A DNA stretch of 64,000 nucleotides from Spirochaetota bacterium (GTDB lineage: Bacteria > Spirochaetota > UBA4802 > UB4802). Shown piece after piece: positions 47,229 to 56,438 of the stretch (position 1 is the first letter of the stretch; the number at the start of each line of letters is the position of its first letter). Below the pieces are notes generated by a model, which worked only from the letters and a program-made list of their open reading frames with translations, made no database searches and was not told where the DNA came from. A program made the position numbers and the translations under genes. The stretch lies in contig JAOAIH010000002.1 of the NCBI GenBank assembly GCA_026414805.1, positions 7,156 to 71,155 of the forward strand, in the 5' to 3' direction.

Positions 47229-47882
47229 ATGTTCTACATAATAGGCGACATACACGGATATTATAATAAGCTCCTTTCGCTTTTTGAAAAGATAAAAAAG
47301 TATCTCACCAATAATGATACTATCATCTTTTTAGGCGATTATATAGACCGCGGCCCTCAATCTTTTGAAGTTATTGATTTTTTAATAGATTTAAAAGAAA
47401 AATATACTACTGTATGCCTTAAAGGCAATCATGAATCCATGTTTTTAAATTATCTTGCTGGTAAAGATATTTCACTCTATATGTATAACGGCGGTCAGGC
47501 AACAATCGACTCCTATGAAAACAATATGGGCTCATTGCAATTGCCTGAAGATCATAAGATTTTTTTTAATAGTTTGAAATTATATTTTGAAACTGATGAT
47601 TTTATAGCATTGCATGCCGGATTAAAACCCGGCGTGCCACTTGAATTGCAATCAAGTTATGATATGATGTGGATCAGGGAGGAATTCTTCCTAAAATTGT
47701 ACCGGTGGCCTAAGCTTATTGTATTTGGCCATACCACCACAGTTAATATAACAGGTCTACCAATATATGAAATATATGATGATACATACAGAAACATAAT
47801 TGGCATTGATACCGGTGCAGCGTATGGTGGCCCTTTAACCTGCTTACGCCTTCCAGATAAAAAGATTTTTCAGTCATACTGA
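47229..47882 (+). CDS. PPP-family metallophosphoesterase, lambda-phosphatase/PrpA-like Ser/Thr(/Tyr) protein phosphatase
   Basis: Canonical motifs 'GDIHG', 'GDYIDRGPQS', 'GNHE', and the distal His and 'FGHT' regions. The 217-aa size matches lambda PPase-type enzymes. Confidence 0.85.
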   Translation: MFYIIGDIHGYYNKLLSLFEKIKKYLTNNDTIIFLGDYIDRGPQSFEVIDFLIDLKEKYTTVCLKGNHESMFLNYLAGKDISLYMYNGGQATIDSYENNMGSLQLPEDHKIFFNSLKLYFETDDFIALHAGLKPGVPLELQSSYDMMWIREEFFLKLYRWPKLIVFGHTTTVNITGLPIYEIYDDTYRNIIGIDTGAAYGGPLTCLRLPDKKIFQSY

Positions 47883-48052
47883 TATAAAATCAAAAGCCAA
47901 AGGCTACAAAAAGTTCTTGATATTTTTTAACAATAAACTATCAGTAAATATATATCTCATTTTACTATTTGTAAACTTTAGCTATTTGACCGATTATTAA
48001 TAATATACTAAGGTTTGACGGATGTAATTATAAGTATTAAGGATATTGTAAT

Positions 48053-50275
48053 ATGAATATATTTGAATGGTTAAACAAAAAATTTTCATATACATTTGCA
48101 CTCTGTTTTCTAACAATCTTTGGGGGATGGATGAGTGCCGTTTTTGGTTACTATCTTGGTACTTCATTTATTCTTTCCGAATATACTGAAATGCATTCAC
48201 TAGCATTAAAATGGCTTCCACTTTCGGTTGTTATCCCAACCTTGCTGCATTACCTGACTTTTGGTTTTTTAACACCAATTGGGATCCCAGCTTTTTTTAA
48301 GCCCTTACGTGACATTAATAATGCATTTAAAGGGGGCACCATTGATAGGTCTTTAAGCAATGAAAATCTGCAGGTATTGTATATTCAATTGTCACATCTT
48401 CCGATGTACAACATGGTAGCTGCTGCGTTATTTGGCACACTATGCGGATTTTTCTTAATGGGGTTTGGATACTATGATATGCTAAGCCATGGTACATTGA
48501 CCGTTGTAAAAATGAAAATTGGAATTAAGATTGTAACAATTGGCGTATTAGTGGTTGTTGTATTATATGGAATGTCAACATATCTGTTAACTGAAATTAT
48601 TACTAATCCACACAGGGCTTTTGTATATCAAGAATTGCGCCAAAGAAATATTAATATCTACCCTCGTGGATTGATTGGCTTGCGTATTAAATTCAGCTTT
48701 TTCATCATACTTATGGTTATTACACTATTAACATTTGCTGCAATGATGGAACAGCATCGTTTATACGAAGAATCACGGTATATCAATATTTTAACGTATT
48801 TCTTTATATCAATTGTTGCTGGTGTTTTTCTCATGTACATTAATTCTGACTCGGTTATGCGTATTCTTGATGAAATGGGGATTGTTACTAAAAGAATTTC
48901 GTCTGGTCAGGATGCATGGTTCAGGGTCATGTCGTATGAACGTGAATTTGCCGAAATAGAATATTCTATTCTTGAAATGGCAAAAGAAATTGAAGAGCAT
49001 AGGAAAAATCTTGAATTAAAAGTTGAACAACGTACAGAAGAACTTCGTGAAGCACTGGCAAGCCTTAAAGAAAAAGATGATATGATTCAAAAACAGTTAG
49101 AGATAGCAAGCAATATACAACGAAGTATATTGCCCGGGCGTATTGACGACTGGAATGAACTTAAATTTTCAGTACGATACATTGCTATGGAGAAAATTGG
49201 TGGTGACTTCTATGATGTATATCAGATGAAAGGCGATAAATTGGGTATCTTAATTGCAGACGTATCAGGTCATGGTATTCCTGCAGCTCTCATTACTTCT
49301 ATGGCAAAAATTTCGTTTAGCTCTGCTACCCAGCAATATGATTCCCCAAAAAGAGTTTTTCAGGAAGTAAACCAGAGTATTCTTGAACATATCAAAACAC
49401 AGGATTACATGACTGCCTTTTTTGTTGTAATTGATGACGATTACAATGTTGTGTATGCAAATGCAAGCCATCAAAAAGCCATTCTGGTACGGTCCGATGA
49501 AGGCAGAACGGAGCTTCTGGATACTAACGGATTATTTATTGGAGCAATAGAGGAAGCTCGTGAAACGTATGAAGAAAAAGAAACAAAATTAAAATATGGT
49601 GACAGAATATTGCTCTATACAGACGGAATCCCTGAAGCAGCAAATGTTGAACGTGAAGAATATTCAGTTGAACGACTCATTGAAGTTGCACTCAAAAACC
49701 GACACCTCCCGCTTGAGGATTATGCAAGCTATATTATTGAGGATGTACAGCGATTTAAAGGGAAAGCTCCTGTTGAAGATGATATTACTTTGCTAGTTAT
49801 TGAGCTTGCACGAGATGAAGCCGTTGATATTATTAAGCAGGCAAAAAAGCTCATAGATGAGCATAAATATTATGAAGCAATTGAGTATTTAGAGAGGAGC
49901 TTAGCACTATATCCAAACAACCGTAAGCTTATCTATAATCTGGCAAAAAATTATTTCAGGGTAAATAATTTTGGCAAAGCTTCTGAACTTATTGAACAGT
50001 ATTTACAAATGGATAAACGGAATAAATATGCGTACTACGTTGGAGGTGCGGCTTATTATCAGATGATGAATTATGAAAAAGCCATACAATTATTGGAAAA
50101 AGCACAAAGTTTGGACCCTAACTTTACAAATGCCTTATTTGCATTGGGCATGTCCTATAAAAAGATAGGAATGTACCAGGATGCATTGCAAATTTTTGAA
50201 CGAGTTGCCAATATAGATCCGGATAATAAAATGGCATTATTTGAAATAAATGAAATACGCAAGGGGCTGACCTAA
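48053..50275 (+). CDS. PP2C/SpoIIE-type phosphatase with N-terminal polytopic membrane sensor and C-terminal TPR repeats
   Basis: Eight or so TM helices, a coiled coil, the SpoIIE/PP2C core ('GGDFYDV', 'ADVSGHGIPAALITS', 'LYTDGIPEA'), then ~4 TPR repeats ('YYEAIEYLERSLALYPNN', 'AIQLLEKAQSLDPNF'). Confidence 0.85.
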   Translation: MNIFEWLNKKFSYTFALCFLTIFGGWMSAVFGYYLGTSFILSEYTEMHSLALKWLPLSVVIPTLLHYLTFGFLTPIGIPAFFKPLRDINNAFKGGTIDRSLSNENLQVLYIQLSHLPMYNMVAAALFGTLCGFFLMGFGYYDMLSHGTLTVVKMKIGIKIVTIGVLVVVVLYGMSTYLLTEIITNPHRAFVYQELRQRNINIYPRGLIGLRIKFSFFIILMVITLLTFAAMMEQHRLYEESRYINILTYFFISIVAGVFLMYINSDSVMRILDEMGIVTKRISSGQDAWFRVMSYEREFAEIEYSILEMAKEIEEHRKNLELKVEQRTEELREALASLKEKDDMIQKQLEIASNIQRSILPGRIDDWNELKFSVRYIAMEKIGGDFYDVYQMKGDKLGILIADVSGHGIPAALITSMAKISFSSATQQYDSPKRVFQEVNQSILEHIKTQDYMTAFFVVIDDDYNVVYANASHQKAILVRSDEGRTELLDTNGLFIGAIEEARETYEEKETKLKYGDRILLYTDGIPEAANVEREEYSVERLIEVALKNRHLPLEDYASYIIEDVQRFKGKAPVEDDITLLVIELARDEAVDIIKQAKKLIDEHKYYEAIEYLERSLALYPNNRKLIYNLAKNYFRVNNFGKASELIEQYLQMDKRNKYAYYVGGAAYYQMMNYEKAIQLLEKAQSLDPNFTNALFALGMSYKKIGMYQDALQIFERVANIDPDNKMALFEINEIRKGLT

Positions 50276-50342
50276 ACCAATTAAAATTTGATAGATAACA
50301 CTATCAACAATTATCGATAATAATTATTATTTGTTGATTGTA

Positions 50343-50975
50343 TTATTTAATATTGGTTATATTTATTGTCCCATCGGGTAAAATATTCATATATAATTTT
50401 TCAACTTTAGCTGAATAATTGTGTGTTTCACCTGGCTGGTACAATTTCATTACATCATTCACGTACGTAATAGTTGACTTTATATTTGGTACTGCCATGT
50501 TTTTTTTAACCACTCCCAACCCTGCATGATATGCAGCCAAAGCCAAAATTACATCATTTTTAAAGAATGACAGTAATGATTTAAAATGTTTTACACCAGC
50601 TTTTATATTTTGTTCCGGATCAAAAGGATCCTGTACCCCATACGCCTGTGCAGTTTCCTGCATAAGTTGCATCAGGCCCATTGCACCAGCAACTGAAACC
50701 GCATCTTTGTTGAAGTTGGATTCAACTTTTATAATACAGCGTATGAGTTGTGGGTCAATATTTTCAATTTTACAAACATTAATAATTATTGAATCATACG
50801 GATTTTTTGAAAGATCACTTAATATGGAATTTGTTTTACTAGAGGGGCTTGTATTATAATATTCAACTGTGCCATCGTGTGCTTTTCTTGATTTAATCTG
50901 TGCGTGTACTGCTATCAAAGACAGTATAGTAAATATAATACAATTAAATATAAGGCTTTTTATTATTCTAATCAT
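50343..50975 (-). CDS. soluble lytic transglycosylase (SLT domain) protein
   Basis: Signal peptide plus the SLT catalytic motif 'ESNFNKDAVSVAGAMGLMQLMQETA' and 'AYHAGLG'. Start assigned to ATG 50975, overlapping the glgA stop by 8 bp; the ORF is open to 51053. Confidence 0.8.
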   Translation of the reverse strand: MIRIIKSLIFNCIIFTILSLIAVHAQIKSRKAHDGTVEYYNTSPSSKTNSILSDLSKNPYDSIIINVCKIENIDPQLIRCIIKVESNFNKDAVSVAGAMGLMQLMQETAQAYGVQDPFDPEQNIKAGVKHFKSLLSFFKNDVILALAAYHAGLGVVKKNMAVPNIKSTITYVNDVMKLYQPGETHNYSAKVEKLYMNILPDGTINITNIK

Positions 50976-52428
50976 CACATTTTGTAATGTTATTGTATAA
51001 TTCTTCATACTCTCTGGCCGTATCATCCCAACTTCTTTTAAATGACATTGCATTGTGAATTAATATCTTCATCATTGATTGGTTTTTGTATATTCTTAAT
51101 GCATATCGTATAATTGTATATAATTCACCAATATCGTTGTGCTGATATTTAAAACCATTTCCTGTTTTTGATTGAACATCAAAGTGTTTAATGGAATCAT
51201 CAAGTCCACCTGTTGCACGCACTATAGGTATTGTTCCATATGCCAGGCTGTACATCTGATTGAGCCCTGAAGGTTCATAGCGAGATGGCATTATATAAAA
51301 ATCACTGCCTGCTTCTATCAAATGTGCCAGTTGTTCATTGTATCCCCACCATATACCAACCCTTTCAGGATACATGGCATGTAACCACTCAAATCTATCA
51401 ATAATCCATTGTTCGCCACTTCCAAGAATTACAAATTGCACTTCCTGTTCATCAAAAAAAAGCCAATCTAATGTATCAATGAGAATATCAATACCCTTCT
51501 GATATGTCAAACGTGATATACAACCCAAAACTGGCACCTCGTTTACTTTTAACTTCATAAATTTCTGCAATTCTTTTTTACATTTCTTTTTACCACTATT
51601 ATGATTATTAATTGAATACTGGTATGGTATATATTTATCTTTTTCAGGATTCCAGTGTTCATAATCGACGCCGTTTAGGATACCAAAAAGTTTATTTGCA
51701 TGTTTTTTAAAAATTGGAGCAAGGTCCCAGCCATATTCAGGTTCTTGTATCTCTTGAGCATATTTTTTACTTACAGTAACCAGGCAATCTGCATTCACTA
51801 CACCAGCTTTCAATAAATTAACATTACCAAAAAATTCAACATTTTCAGGTGTAAAGAATTCTTCTGTAAGCTGCATCAGCCACAAAACATCTTTACCAAA
51901 TACACCCTGATAACCAACGTTATGAACAGTAAGTATTGATTTTGCATTTTTCAACACATTATCATGTGCATAATGTGTTTTTAAGAATAGCGGGATGCAT
52001 GCAGTTTGCCAATCATTACAATGAATTATTTCAGGAGCTATCGCCAACTGTTTTAAAGCTTCAATGCATGCGCGACAAAAATAAATAAACCTTTCCGCAT
52101 TATCATTATACGGTGTTCCATTATAATCATACAAACCATCACGTCCATAATAATCATCGTGTTCAATAAAATAAGTATGAATACCTTCAAGATAGTTGGT
52201 ATAGTATATGCCTGCCCATCGTATGCCATTCCCGATTGGCACTGGTAAAGGCATCCCGGTTAGTTTACATTGGAATTTATTTTTATCCACACAGTAATAG
52301 CGGGGTAAAAAAAGATATACATTGTGGCCACGTTTTGCAAGAGCCTTTGGTAAAGAGTATGAATAATCGGCAAGGCCTCCTGTTTTGGCAAAGGGGTATG
52401 CCTCACTTGTACAAAATACAATATTCAT
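50968..52428 (-). CDS. glgA: glycogen synthase (ADP-glucose type, GT5)
   Basis: N-terminus 'MNIVFCTSEAYPFAKTGGLADY' is typical of GlgA (KTGGL motif), with a GT-B C-terminal domain. 486 aa. Confidence 0.9.
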   Translation of the reverse strand: MNIVFCTSEAYPFAKTGGLADYSYSLPKALAKRGHNVYLFLPRYYCVDKNKFQCKLTGMPLPVPIGNGIRWAGIYYTNYLEGIHTYFIEHDDYYGRDGLYDYNGTPYNDNAERFIYFCRACIEALKQLAIAPEIIHCNDWQTACIPLFLKTHYAHDNVLKNAKSILTVHNVGYQGVFGKDVLWLMQLTEEFFTPENVEFFGNVNLLKAGVVNADCLVTVSKKYAQEIQEPEYGWDLAPIFKKHANKLFGILNGVDYEHWNPEKDKYIPYQYSINNHNSGKKKCKKELQKFMKLKVNEVPVLGCISRLTYQKGIDILIDTLDWLFFDEQEVQFVILGSGEQWIIDRFEWLHAMYPERVGIWWGYNEQLAHLIEAGSDFYIMPSRYEPSGLNQMYSLAYGTIPIVRATGGLDDSIKHFDVQSKTGNGFKYQHNDIGELYTIIRYALRIYKNQSMMKILIHNAMSFKRSWDDTAREYEELYNNITKCDD

Positions 52429-52429
52429 G

Positions 52430-54079
52430 TTATTTTACAAGTGTTACTAATGATGGGCAATAGCCTTCAGGATGATGAAATCCTAATAAAGTACAAAGTG
52501 TTGCGGCAACATTTGCAAGGCCCTGCTCTTTATGTGTGGTTAGCTGATATTCACCATTAAAGTGAGGATCATAGATTATGAAAGGCACCGGATTTAATGT
52601 ATGTGAAGTTTTTGGCTGAGGTTTGCCCGTCTTCTTATCAATTTTAATTGTTCCTGACTTGGCATCTTTTTCAAACATCTCGTCAAGGTTGCCATGATCA
52701 GCAGTAATTATGGCGATAGCTCCTGTATTATCAATTGCTTGTAGCAAACGGCCTATACAAAGGTCCACCGTTTCAGCTGCGATTATAGCAGCTTCCAGTA
52801 TACCAGTATGTCCAACCATATCGCCATTTGCGTAGTTTAATCTGATAAAATCATATTTTTGACTGTAAATTGCCTCTATTACAGCATCTGTGATTTCAGC
52901 TGCTTTCATCCAGGGGCGTTCATTAAATTGCACCTTATCAGAGGGAATTTCCTGATATGTTTCAAGACTAGGATCAAACATTCCGCTGCGATTGCCATTC
53001 CAGAAATAGGTGACATGGCCAAATTTTTGTGTTTCGGAAATTGCAAATTGGCGACATCCATTATGTACTAAATATTCACTTATGGTTTTATCAATGGAAG
53101 GGGGTAATACTAGATAATTTTTTGGAATATGAAGATCGCCATCGTATTCCATCATACCAGCAAAAACTACATCAGGGAATCGTTCTCTGTCAAATTTATT
53201 GAAATCTTTTTCTTCAAACGCACGTGAGATCTCAATTGCTCTGTCGCCACGAAAATTAAAAAGAATGACCGAATCACCATCAAGAATGGGGCCTACAGGC
53301 TTCCCATCTTTAGCAATAACAAATGGAGGTAAATATTGGTCAGTTATGCCAGGCTGTTCTTGTCGGTATGTTTCAATTGCTTCTGTAGCTTGAGTAAATG
53401 CTCTACCTTTTCCTAAAACATGCGCATCCCATCCACGTTTTACAATATTCCAGTCAGCTTCATAGCGGTCCATTGTAGTTACCATTCTTCCGCCACCTGA
53501 AGCTATGCAGAAATCAAAACCTTGTTGGTTAAAAGCATGAAGAAATTGTTCAAGGCTTTCAACGTATTGCAATGCAGATGTTTCTGGAACATCTCTTCCA
53601 TCTAACAATATATGAACACGAATTTTTTTTACTCCTTCTTTGGCTGCTTGTTCTATAATTTTAAAGAGGTGATTGATATGTGAATGCACATTACCATCAG
53701 ACAGAAGGCCAATAAAGTGCAATGTTGTGCCCACGTTAAGTGGCTTTGCCAGTAATTTTTTCCAGATTTCAGTTGAAAATATTTGTTTTGATTCTATTGC
53801 TTTATCTACAAGTTTGGCACCTTGGTCAAATATTCTTCCAGCGCCAAGTGCATTGTGGCCAACTTCTGAATTGCCCATATCAGCGTCTGAGGGAAGGCCT
53901 ACAGCAGTGCCATGTGCTTTAAGGGTGGTGTAAGGACAGGTTTGCATCAATCTGTCTAATACAGGAGTGCGAGCCAAAAAAAAAGCATTACCTTCATCGT
54001 TTGGACCTATTCCAATACCATCCATAATAATTAGTACAAGTCCTTTTCTTCTGTTAAAACCGTTTGGCAATAATTTCAT
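52430..54079 (-). CDS. gpmI: 2,3-bisphosphoglycerate-independent phosphoglycerate mutase
   Basis: iPGM signatures ('LIIMDGIGIGP', 'MGNSEVGHNALGAGR', 'LLDGRDV', 'ITADHGN'). 549 aa. Sits 1 bp upstream of the glgA start. Confidence 0.9.
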   Translation of the reverse strand: MKLLPNGFNRRKGLVLIIMDGIGIGPNDEGNAFFLARTPVLDRLMQTCPYTTLKAHGTAVGLPSDADMGNSEVGHNALGAGRIFDQGAKLVDKAIESKQIFSTEIWKKLLAKPLNVGTTLHFIGLLSDGNVHSHINHLFKIIEQAAKEGVKKIRVHILLDGRDVPETSALQYVESLEQFLHAFNQQGFDFCIASGGGRMVTTMDRYEADWNIVKRGWDAHVLGKGRAFTQATEAIETYRQEQPGITDQYLPPFVIAKDGKPVGPILDGDSVILFNFRGDRAIEISRAFEEKDFNKFDRERFPDVVFAGMMEYDGDLHIPKNYLVLPPSIDKTISEYLVHNGCRQFAISETQKFGHVTYFWNGNRSGMFDPSLETYQEIPSDKVQFNERPWMKAAEITDAVIEAIYSQKYDFIRLNYANGDMVGHTGILEAAIIAAETVDLCIGRLLQAIDNTGAIAIITADHGNLDEMFEKDAKSGTIKIDKKTGKPQPKTSHTLNPVPFIIYDPHFNGEYQLTTHKEQGLANVAATLCTLLGFHHPEGYCPSLVTLVK

Positions 54080-54382
54080 CTACTCCTCCAGAAGAAATGT
54101 TTCAAGTGATGCCAATTCAATAACACGCTTTACATAATTATTTGCATTAATGATTCTAAATTTTCTACGGTTGTTGTTAAAATTGTTGTACAATGTCATA
54201 AATCCAGCAAGAATTGTAGAGTCAACAACTTCTACATTCGTCATATCAATTATAGCATCACGGCTATCATTTTGTAAAAAATTATGCATTTCTTCAACCA
54301 ACTCTTTTAATGTCCTTGGATTTAACTGCTCATTAATAGTAAATATACATCTGTTTTTTTCTTCTTTTTTAGTAAATATCAT
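54080..54382 (-). CDS. STAS-domain protein (anti-sigma-factor antagonist, SpoIIAA-like)
   Basis: 100-aa protein with STAS fold features ('IIDMTNVEVVDSTILAGFMTLYNNF...FRIINANNYVKRVIELASL'). Abuts the gpmI start. Confidence 0.65.
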   Translation of the reverse strand: MIFTKKEEKNRCIFTINEQLNPRTLKELVEEMHNFLQNDSRDAIIDMTNVEVVDSTILAGFMTLYNNFNNNRRKFRIINANNYVKRVIELASLETFLLEE

Positions 54383-54393
54383 GGCTCACCTCT

Positions 54394-54735
54394 TTAAATA
54401 TTTATATTGTATCGTTTATATAATTCATCTTCAGTAAAAATATTAATTGCATATTTAGGCAATGCCCGTTCAAGGATCATGTAAATTTTATCATTTGCAC
54501 CAAAAAAAACAACATCAAAATTATGATTATCTCCAAATTTTAAAAGATTAATTATTGCTGCAACAGCGGCAGAATTAATAGTATCAACCTGAGAAAAATT
54601 AATTGCCACTGTTGATATTTTTTCAGGTAGTAATTTTTCAATATATTTTATTAATTTAACATCATCTCCATATTCACCAATACCCGTGATTGTGAGTATG
54701 ATTACATCAGCATAACTATTGTGTGTAAAATTCAT
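54394..54735 (-). CDS. second STAS-domain protein
   Basis: 113-aa protein with 'VIILTITGIGEYGDD...TVAINFSQVDTINSAAVAAIINLLKF' consistent with the STAS/SpoIIAA fold. Sits in tandem with the preceding STAS gene. Confidence 0.6.
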   Translation of the reverse strand: MNFTHNSYADVIILTITGIGEYGDDVKLIKYIEKLLPEKISTVAINFSQVDTINSAAVAAIINLLKFGDNHNFDVVFFGANDKIYMILERALPKYAINIFTEDELYKRYNINI

Positions 54736-55466
54736 CCTTTTCCCCTTGATTCTTTTAGCTTTTGTAGTAATTTTTCTAATTGTTCAATAGTTTTTATAGA
54801 ATCATCTGAAAGTTTTATTGTAGTATCACTTTTGAAGTAATCATTTATCAATGAATTCACTACACCAGTATATAGTACATTAATCGATTTAATTAATTCA
54901 ATAAACGAATGTTTTTGAATACCCTCTTTTTTTAGGAAAGGGAATATAAAATGAAAGATTTTCGATGCGGATTTTATTATAGTATCCTTATAATGTTTTA
55001 TTACAAGAAATGCAATATATGGAAATAATAATATTCCATTTGTTTTTAACATTGTAGCAATTGTATATATCCAATCTATTTCAAAACTTGTATTCCATGT
55101 AAACCATAAAATATTAATAATTACCATTGATAAAAAAAATGATATTTTGCCTTTTGGAAAGCCAATTGCTGATAAACCTGCAGAAGTGAAGGCAATAGCA
55201 AAAAATAATGCAATTGCCCTGAACCCTAAAAAGTTTGAGATTGCTGATATAAAAGAATAGATAGTATCTAAGAAACGTGACAACCCTTCAAATGTTGTTT
55301 TAATCTGGTTATATGTATCAAATAGTTCAATAGAATAAGATGGAATACTGGTAAAAAGACATATAAAAGAAATCATCAAAATAAAGAATAATTTGTTTTT
55401 AACTATCAAGTATTGATTTTTTCTAAATTGTATCATTGTATATATAAACAAAATACATTTTAACAC
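54732..55466 (-). CDS. polytopic membrane protein of unknown function with C-terminal coiled-coil tail
   Basis: 244-aa ORF with ~5 TM segments, heading the STAS-STAS-gpmI-glgA-slt minus-strand gene string. 4-bp overlap with the downstream STAS gene. Confidence 0.5.
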   Translation of the reverse strand: MLKCILFIYTMIQFRKNQYLIVKNKLFFILMISFICLFTSIPSYSIELFDTYNQIKTTFEGLSRFLDTIYSFISAISNFLGFRAIALFFAIAFTSAGLSAIGFPKGKISFFLSMVIINILWFTWNTSFEIDWIYTIATMLKTNGILLFPYIAFLVIKHYKDTIIKSASKIFHFIFPFLKKEGIQKHSFIELIKSINVLYTGVVNSLINDYFKSDTTIKLSDDSIKTIEQLEKLLQKLKESRGKG

Positions 55467-55621
55467 TTTTCATTGTTCTATACATTTTAATTTAATAACT
55501 TATTATTTGTCAAATATTTTATACATCAAAAACGCTTTAACAAGTAGTATATATTTTTTTTATGTTTTACGCTGACCAATTAATCTTTATAAAAAATTAC
55601 TTGCCAATATTAAATAGATAT

Positions 55622-55650
55622 AGTTTTTCTTAAAAACAATGTAGTATAAT
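55622..55650 (+). promoter_or_regulatory. putative promoter for cobB-mutL-coaBC string (perfect TATAAT -10)
   Basis: TATAAT at 55645..55650 lies 34 nt upstream of the cobB ATG, with an AAAGGT Shine-Dalgarno at 55672..55677. The -35 is poor (agtttt). Confidence 0.3.
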
Positions 55651-55683
55651 TACTATCATTTTAAAATTACATAAAGGTATGCT

Positions 55684-56427
55684 ATGGATGATTTAATTAA
55701 AACAGCCGCAAAAATTGTAAAGGAATCCATTTCTACCATAGCGTTAACTGGCGCTGGTATTTCTGTTGAAAGTGGTATTCCTGATTTCCGTAGTGCGGGA
55801 GGCCTGTGGACACGATACAATCCCGAAGAATATGCACATATTGATGGCTTTAGAAGAAATCCGAAGAAAATATGGAATATGATATTTGAACTTATGGACA
55901 TGACTAAAAATGCTATGCCAAATCCCGCTCATATTGCTCTTGCACAGCTAGAAGAAATGGGTTTGCTGAAAGCTGTTATTACACAGAATATTGATAATTT
56001 ACATCAGAGAGCTGGCAGCAGAAATGTGATCGAATTCCACGGAAATTCAGAGCGATTACAGTGTATATATTGTGGAGCAGAATATCCGGCAGAAGAGTTT
56101 GTTATAGAAAATGAACCACCGCAATGTAAAAAGTGTGGCGAGATATTAAAGCCTAGCGTAGTATTTTTTGGCGAAATGATACCTTACAATGCATTAATGG
56201 AATCACAAAATTTAGCCAGCGATGCAAGGGTGGTTCTTGTAATTGGTACATCCGCAGTTGTGTATCCTGCAAGCAGTATTCCACATATTGCAAAGGGTAA
56301 TGGTGCATATATTATTGAATTCAATCTGGAAAAAACTGTTATCACACCTACTATAACTGATATTTTTATACAGGGCAAGGTTGGCGAAACATTACCAAAA
56401 TTTATTGAAGCCATAAAAGCGTTGTAG
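55684..56427 (+). CDS. cobB: NAD-dependent protein deacylase, Sir2 family
   Basis: 'ALTGAGISVESGIPDFRS', 'QNIDNLHQRAG', and Zn-ribbon cysteines 'CIYC...CKKC'. 247 aa. Confidence 0.9.
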   Translation: MDDLIKTAAKIVKESISTIALTGAGISVESGIPDFRSAGGLWTRYNPEEYAHIDGFRRNPKKIWNMIFELMDMTKNAMPNPAHIALAQLEEMGLLKAVITQNIDNLHQRAGSRNVIEFHGNSERLQCIYCGAEYPAEEFVIENEPPQCKKCGEILKPSVVFFGEMIPYNALMESQNLASDARVVLVIGTSAVVYPASSIPHIAKGNGAYIIEFNLEKTVITPTITDIFIQGKVGETLPKFIEAIKAL

Positions 56428-56438
56428 GCTTGTGGTTC

